Positions 57,000 to 64,000 of a DNA stretch of 64,000 nucleotides are shown here, piece by piece (within the stretch, counting starts at the first letter, position 1; every line of letters begins with the position of its first letter). The translations under genes were made by a program, and so were the position numbers. The stretch is from the human T2T-CHM13v2.0 reference genome, Homo sapiens: NCBI RefSeq assembly GCF_009914755.1, contig NC_060926.1. One strand, written 5' to 3'. The notes beneath the pieces were generated by a model, which saw nothing but the letters and a program-made list of their open reading frames with translations, was not told where the DNA came from and searched no databases.

Positions 57000-57290
57000 T
57001 ATAATATAACTTCATAACCTGTAAGGGTTTTCATTAACCAAGGTTCATCAATTCTAATCGGGCTGCCCTCGCATTGGAGAGGCCCATACCAGTGTAATTA
57101 AAGCTGCCGATTCTGCTGACAGCATTCTTCAGTTTCCAGGGCCCTTATCATTGATGGATAAGTCATCGAGCAGCATGTGATGGCCCTACATATTGCCTTC
57201 CTGCCTTCACTTTTCAGGAGAGAAGCTAATCTCCATGCTTTTAATTTACTCTTCATACATTCTTCCCCTAGAGCCAATGATATTAATCAG
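57000..57290. promoter_or_regulatory. Candidate developmental enhancer / conserved non-coding element
   Basis: Repeat-free segment with TAATTA, TGCTGACAGCA, TGATGGAT and paired GATA sites within ~70 bp; motif evidence only. Confidence 0.4.
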
Positions 57291-58104
57291 TGTTTTAAAA
57301 GAAAGAAATTAGGCAAAATTATGTTTTAAAATGTTTAAATAGAGCCATCTGTCTTCGGTTCTCCTTCCCCCTTTCTCGTGGAATAGGCTTCATGCTCTTA
57401 TAGCACATTGATTTTTATATCATGGATTAATATTTTCTTTAGGAAAATACATCTGATTTCCCGGATCCTCTAACATAAAGTACCTAAATCAATAAGGTAG
57501 TTACAGATGATGCTGTTATAATTACCTCTTTTCTTTCAGAACAGCTTCTCATCATGAGTTAGATGTGAGATTGGAATGCATGCCATGGTCCCTTATTTGA
57601 AATGACCCAGGCTACCACAACAGAACCAAGCCTGCAGAGGTCTGGCTCTGAACAACCTTTTCTCACACATCCGCTTTTGTTGGTCAGTCTCAATACTTTC
57701 TCCAAAAGCACTATTTTAATCATGATACTCCCTTATGGAGAAACTTAAGGTTGGATTAAACTATCCTAGTCAGCAATTAAACACTTTCTCCAAAGTCATT
57801 GTGCTACGAGACTCTAATTTTACTTCCTTAGAAGAGCAAAAAGGAGTGAGGAACATTGACCTTGAGCCCAGGCGTTCTGGCCTAGTGGTCTGCCTTCATC
57901 AGAGCTGGTTGCTCCTGCTGTAGGTTCAAGGTCAATGAACTCTGACTATTGCTTTCAGCTTGCCATTGGAGAGCTGTATCCTCCCTTTGATAAAATCTTC
58001 TTGGCTGACTTATTTTCAGCTTGAACATTCTGCTCTATCTGCTCCAGGAAGACAGATCTGCTTTTGGTGCCCTGCCCATGACTTACATATCTTCCACTTA
58101 GTTA

Positions 58105-58644
58105 CAAGACAGCCTCCTTTTCCTCAGGGGATCTGTTCCAAGACCTTCAGTGGATGCCTGAAACCTCAAGTAGAACCCAACCCTATATACACTATGTTTT
58201 TTCCTACACATACACACCCATGATAGAGTTTAATTTATAAATTAGATACCACAAGAGATTAACAGTAACTACTAATAAAATAGAACAATTATAACCATAT
58301 ACTGCAATAAAAGTTATGTGAATGTGGTCTCTCTCACTCTCAAAATATCTTACTGTACTGTACTCATCATTTTTTTCTTCTTGTGATGATGTGATAACTT
58401 AGGCTACTAAGTGACTCATGGGTGTGTGGCATATTCAGTGTGGACCTGCTGGATGAAGGGATGATGCACATCCTGGGCAGGATGGTGCAGGTCAGCATGA
58501 GATTTTTTCAGGCTACTCAGAAAGGTGTGCAATTTAAAACCTATGAATTATTTATTTCTGGATTTTCCCTTTACTATTTTCAGACCATGGTTGATAGTAA
58601 TTGACACTGCAGAAAGCAAAACTGAGGATAAGAGGGGACTGCTG
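58105..58644 (-). mobile_element. MER44B-like (Tigger7-derived MITE), ~540 bp
   Basis: Both ends present (gttccaagaccttcagtggatgcctgaaacc; gaggataagaggggactgctg); TA on the left flank. Confidence 0.8.
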
Positions 58645-59029
58645 TGCTGAGATTTATATGACATTCATCCAGCAGTATTTTTTATAAACACTCTTATTAT
58701 TCCATTGCACCTGGATCCACATCAAGCCTTTAAAAAACAGAGGAAAACTAAGGACTCCCTCATGAAGAACTAAATCTTCAAAATCTGGTTTCAAACTCAC
58801 TTTCTCTTTTAGATATTGTTCTCTATCACAGTGAATCTCACCTGGTTCCAATCATGCCAGCAAGTCCACTGCCCTTTACTGACAGCAGCAGTGACTTTTG
58901 CAATATTACTGATATTTCTAATACCTATTCCTGACACATTTCTTTGCACTTTTCCTAGCAACCCCATTTGATAATGAACTTCTTAAGGGCAATGATCTTT
59001 GTTTTCTTTGAAACTTCTTCCAACAGGTG

Positions 59030-59260
59030 CAAGAGGAACCCTGGATTTGGAGTCAGTAACTCCAACATTTACTAGCACTGGGATCTTGAACCTTCCTAGA
59101 AATCTCTGGAAGACTCAGTTTATTATCATTACATGGGGACAATCATGTCTCCTGCCCTGACACCTCGATAGGCAGGGCTGTGGGTAAAGATCGAATCAAT
59201 TATAGTCCACCAGGGCACTTTGTAAACAGCCAAGGCTCATGCAGATGCTATAACACTTAT
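59030..59260 (+). mobile_element. MIR
   Basis: ctggatttggagtcag...actcagtttattatcattacatgggg...gcactttgtaaac. Confidence 0.6.
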
Positions 59261-59879
59261 GCTGAATAAATTTTGCTAACAGAAAAACTAGCCAAGATTT
59301 ATGACGAAACATACAGGATAGTGATTTCACTACCCTTACCCTAGTCAACTGCGATGCATTTCAAATGTTTCATCTCTTTTCTATCACCTTGAAAAAGCCA
59401 GAGTCTTAAACCCAAATATGTAAGGATCAGGGAGTCACTAGAAATGTGTAAAGAATACCTCGCACAAGATAAGACACTAAAGCATGCTGGGGACAGTGAC
59501 AAAATGAAAAGTCCATGTCTTGTCTAAAGCAGAAAGCTGGCACTAGATCCGCCCAATTGTCACCCTGAAGAAAGGTGAGCCAACTATTTCAAGGGAAACT
59601 GCAATCCATATTTTTATAAGTGAAATACCTAGATGTTTAAATTGTTGGCCTTTAATTTGGTTATTAAAATAAATGTGTAGTGTTCAAATATATCATTAAT
59701 GGATATGCCCCATGTGTCACAAGGGTTTGCAACTTTGGCTCAAGATTTTTAACATCTGAGTTTGTATGAACAATCAGCAAGTGTTCTTCAGCTCCAGTAA
59801 AAACTAACTCTGGACCAAGTTTTTGGGGGCTGTTAAAAAGAAGTATAAGGCATCATGCCTGCATCGAAGGAGAGGAATT

Positions 59880-60100
59880 AATAATTATTATGTGCCTAAC
59901 ATTTATTCAGTTACTTTACATACTTAATCAGTTTACTTTAACATAATCCTTATGAATTTATAAGGTGATTACTGTTACAATCACTTTGCTAACGAAGTAA
60001 CCAAGGTTGCTTGCCCAGGAGCATGTGACATAACTGGTAAGTAGTGGAGCAATAATGTTAACTCAGTTCTGGTTATTGTCAAAACTGATGTTTCTCCACC
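59880..60100 (-). mobile_element. MIR
   Basis: ctaacatttattcag...taatccttatgaa...ttgcccagg...ctggtaagtagtggagc. Confidence 0.6.
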
Positions 60101-60129
60101 ATGGAAGGGAACATTTCAAAGTAGCCAGA

Positions 60130-60290
60130 AAAGAGAACTTGAAATATTTCTAATGCACAGAAATGATAAATGCTCCAGGTGATGGATGCCCTAATATACC
60201 CTGACTTGCATATACATTCTATGCATGTAACAAAATATCACATGTACTTCATAAATATGTACAAACAGTATGTATCAACAAAAATAGAAC
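60130..60290 (+). mobile_element. L1MA 3' terminal fragment
   Basis: gaaatgataaatgctccaggtgatggatgcccta...aaaatatcacatgtacttcataaatatgtaca. Confidence 0.75.
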
Positions 60291-60544
60291 AAAACTATCA
60301 CAGATCCATTTAGTGGAGACCAAATTTAGTGAAAATCAGTTGTCTTTCTGCTTTATTGCAGTACAAGGGAATAAATAAAAGATGATGAACCCAGAACAGA
60401 ATCAAAAGAATCAAAGACCCACAGAATAATCGAAATTTATGCTGGATGGTGGTGACACTTTGATAAGACATTAGAAAAAGATATAAACTGGTGAGGAATA
60501 TGTCACTCTGAGAAACTTAGTGGAGGATATGGGCATTGGGTTAG

Positions 60545-60871
<327 letters not shown>

Positions 60872-61014
60872 TAGGGAATTAGAATTTGGATAAATAGAGG
60901 ATGGTAGGGGGAACAGCATAAATGAGAGACTGAGTGGATATGAGTACCTTACCAGGTAGTAATATAGTTCTGCTTTCTCCTCCCCTTTCCCTTCTAACAA
61001 ACACACTCCAGCTT

Positions 61015-61665
61015 CTGTGAAGGAGTATCTGTTGGTTTTGCTTGGCTCCATGTTCTCCCAGCTTTTGGTAACAGCACCCTTCCTGTTTTTCCTTTGGGGA
61101 ACTGTCCTGCCATCATTCTGTCCTGGGGTTTCTCTGATCCTGTGCATAGAGCCTCCTGTACGAGGTCACACTCACATATTCAGAATCTGGAAGTGAGAAA
61201 GTGTTTACTCTACAGAAGCAACACAGGCCTAATGGTGTCTCTTCAATCCCTTGGGTAGACAATTCTACTCTTCAGAAGGTACCAGACAGATTGACCCTCA
61301 GTTGCCCACAGCCATGGCTGATTCAACAATGCACCTTTGCATGGGCTTCTCCTCCTTCTCTAATTCACTCTTGCTCATCTCCTACTCCTACTCCGTGGAT
61401 TCACTTCCCAAATGAACTGCGTGTTCCAAGCTTTTGAATTATGCCCTGCCTGGGAAAAACTCTGGTTAAGGCAGTTGTTCGTGACAAGATTCCCAAACTG
61501 TCCTGCCATCCAGCATTCCCAAAGCCGGATTGCTCAAGTCAAAGCAAGATAGCTTTGACTCTGCTATTGACCTATCCTCTACTATTCTAAAAATTTCACC
61601 ACTTCACTTTTATCAGCTGGTGTCCATTTCTGTTTCTTGCCACCAAAAAACCCGAACTGATTTAT
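61015..61665 (+). mobile_element. Old MLT1-like LTR with a nested LTR16 (ERVL) 3' part at ~61220-61475
   Basis: ttttggtaacagcaccct...cctttggggaac; ctcagttgcccacag...cacttcccaaatgaact; ttctgtttcttgccaccaaaa. Confidence 0.5.
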
Positions 61666-62085
61666 GACTCTATTTCAAATAGACCTATATCATACCATTG
61701 GATAATAGAAGAAAAGTTCTGTACACATACTAATAAAAAAATCTCACTAAATGTCAGTGTGGCTATTGCTTTGGATGGCAAGAAATTCTGAAACATCTGA
61801 CAGTATTATTAAACGGCTCTTGAAAAACAAACATTATGGATGGGCTGCACAGTCATCTGGCAGTGATTCACGGTGTTTCTGCCAATGCCCACACCTGGCA
61901 TGATGAAGTGTTGGAACCCAGCATTTCCTTCATAACCACCTGGGCCTTGAAGGCTAAGATTATATATGATTTTTAAATTTGTGCAAATCTATAGGATGTG
62001 TGATAAGATTTTTACATGTATTTAATGTGGAGAGATCAAGTCAGGGCATTTAGGGTGTCCATCTCCCAAGCACAACACATTTTTT

Positions 62086-62509
62086 AAGACTTTTAAGTTC
62101 AGTATACAGGTTTGTTGCACACATAAACTTGTGTCATGGGGGTTTGTTGTACAGACTATTTTGTCACCCAGGTATTAAGCCTAGTACCCATTAGTTATTT
62201 TTTCCTGATCCTCTCCCTCCTCCCATCCTCCACCCTCCGATAGGCCCCAGTGTGTGTTGTTCCCCTCTTTGCGTCCATGTGTTCTCATCATTTAGCTCCC
62301 ACTTATAAGTGAGAACATGCGGTATCTGGTTTTCTGTTCCTGTGTTAGTTTGCTAAGGATAATGGTCTCCAGCTCCATCCATGTGCCTGCAAAGGACATG
62401 ATCTCATTCTTTTTTATGCCTCCATAGTATTTCATGGTGTGTATGTACCACATTTTCTTTATCCAGTCTATCAATGATGGTCATTTAGGTTGATTCCGTG
62501 TCTTTGCTT
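62086..62509 (-). mobile_element. 5'-truncated L1PA (PA10-13-like)
   Basis: aaacttgtgtcatgggggtttgttgtacaga; ORF 62292-62474 reads [17 protein letters not shown] (ORF2 C-terminus); degenerate 14-bp TSD. Confidence 0.9.
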
Positions 62510-62819
62510 ATAATACATATTTTAAAGTATAGTAACACTACTCTGCTATCAAACATTGAATTATACCTTCAATCTTACTATATATTTGTACACTTTAACC
62601 CACTTCTCTTCACCCACCCTCTCCTCTAACTCATGCTAGCCAGTCTCTGATCTATCTTTCCACTCTTTACCTCCTTATGTTCACGTTTTTTAATCTTCCA
62701 CAAACATGCTATATTTCTTTATGTATGTGCATGGCTTATTTCACTCAAGATAATAACTTTCAGTTCTCATCCATGTTGCTGCAAATGACATGATTTTATT
62801 ATTTCTAATGGGTGAATAG

Positions 62820-63194
<375 letters not shown>

Positions 63195-64000
63195 TAAGTG
63201 GATTCCATATTTTTGCTATTGTGACTAATTCTGCAATGAACATGTGAGTGCAATTATTTCTCTAATATATTGATTTCTTTCCCTTTGGGTAGATATACAG
63301 TTGTGAGATTGCTGGATCAAATCATAATTCTAGTTCTAGATTTTTGAGAAATCTCCATACTGTTTTTCATGGTGGCTTTACTAGTTTGTGTTCCCACCAA
63401 CAGTGTAATAGAGTTCCCTTTTCTCTGAATCCTTACCAACATCTGTTATTTTTTTTTCTTTTTAATAACTTCTCTATTACTCTAACCCACCAACTCATTG
63501 AAATCGTTGTCTTTTTTTGTCTCTCATGTAAGGACCACTCCTGTGATACAGTTTTCTCTTTTCCAGGTGAGAAACTATAGAACCGATGCAAAAATTAAAC
63601 TTATATCTCATTTTTCCATGACATTGTTTGCCCACTAAATCATACAGCTTTCCATTGCCACTTTAATTAAATGGGTTAGATTCATACTGAGTTCAAGTAT
63701 TTTTAACATTCCTTTATCTATCTATCTATCTAGCTATTGTCCTTCTTCTTATCTATCATCTGTTTTTCTATCATTTATCATTCTATCTACTAAGTAGCTC
63801 CAAATACACAAGTATATCCCTGAAAAGTGGCCATTTTTCTAAAATCTGCATCCCAAATTGCAAATGGAAAAATCTACATTATTATGGTGCATCTGGTCCT
63901 TGTTAATTCTTAATCTGTTGTATCTTTTACTGTCATGATTTCACCAGATGTGCAAGTCTATCTCACAAGTTAATATTTTACATAAACTACTCTAAAGAAT

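Overview
Primate genomic DNA, human or African great ape judging by an L1PA2-type element and AluY copies. It is AT-rich, CpG-poor and intronic or intergenic. I recognise no known host protein-coding exon, RNA gene or CpG island, and I cannot name the locus. Much of the window is interspersed repeat: 11 Alu/FLAM copies, many MIR, L2 and old L1M fragments, an L3/CR1 remnant, MER5, MER44 and hAT DNA-transposon relics, MLT1/LTR16 LTR relics, and microsatellites. The dominant feature is a full-length, 6029-bp, minus-strand L1PA2-like LINE-1 (45653-51681) with a perfect 14-bp TSD. Its ORF1 and ORF2 are dead, but the YY1 site, the antisense ORF0 and the antisense splice sites are intact. Nearly all ORFs in the supplied track are chance or repeat-derived. 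The best leads are: (i) a two-exon minus-strand model at 12031-12490 whose splicing yields a ~100-codon open frame; (ii) a dense PBX-HOX/MEIS/MAF/GATA motif cluster near 57.1 kb; (iii) the L1 antisense promoter/ORF0 facing an inverted Alu pair; (iv) several unusual retrotransposition footprints. I see no convincing new biological system. Repeat subfamily calls come from remembered consensus sequences, and boundaries of old repeats are approximate.
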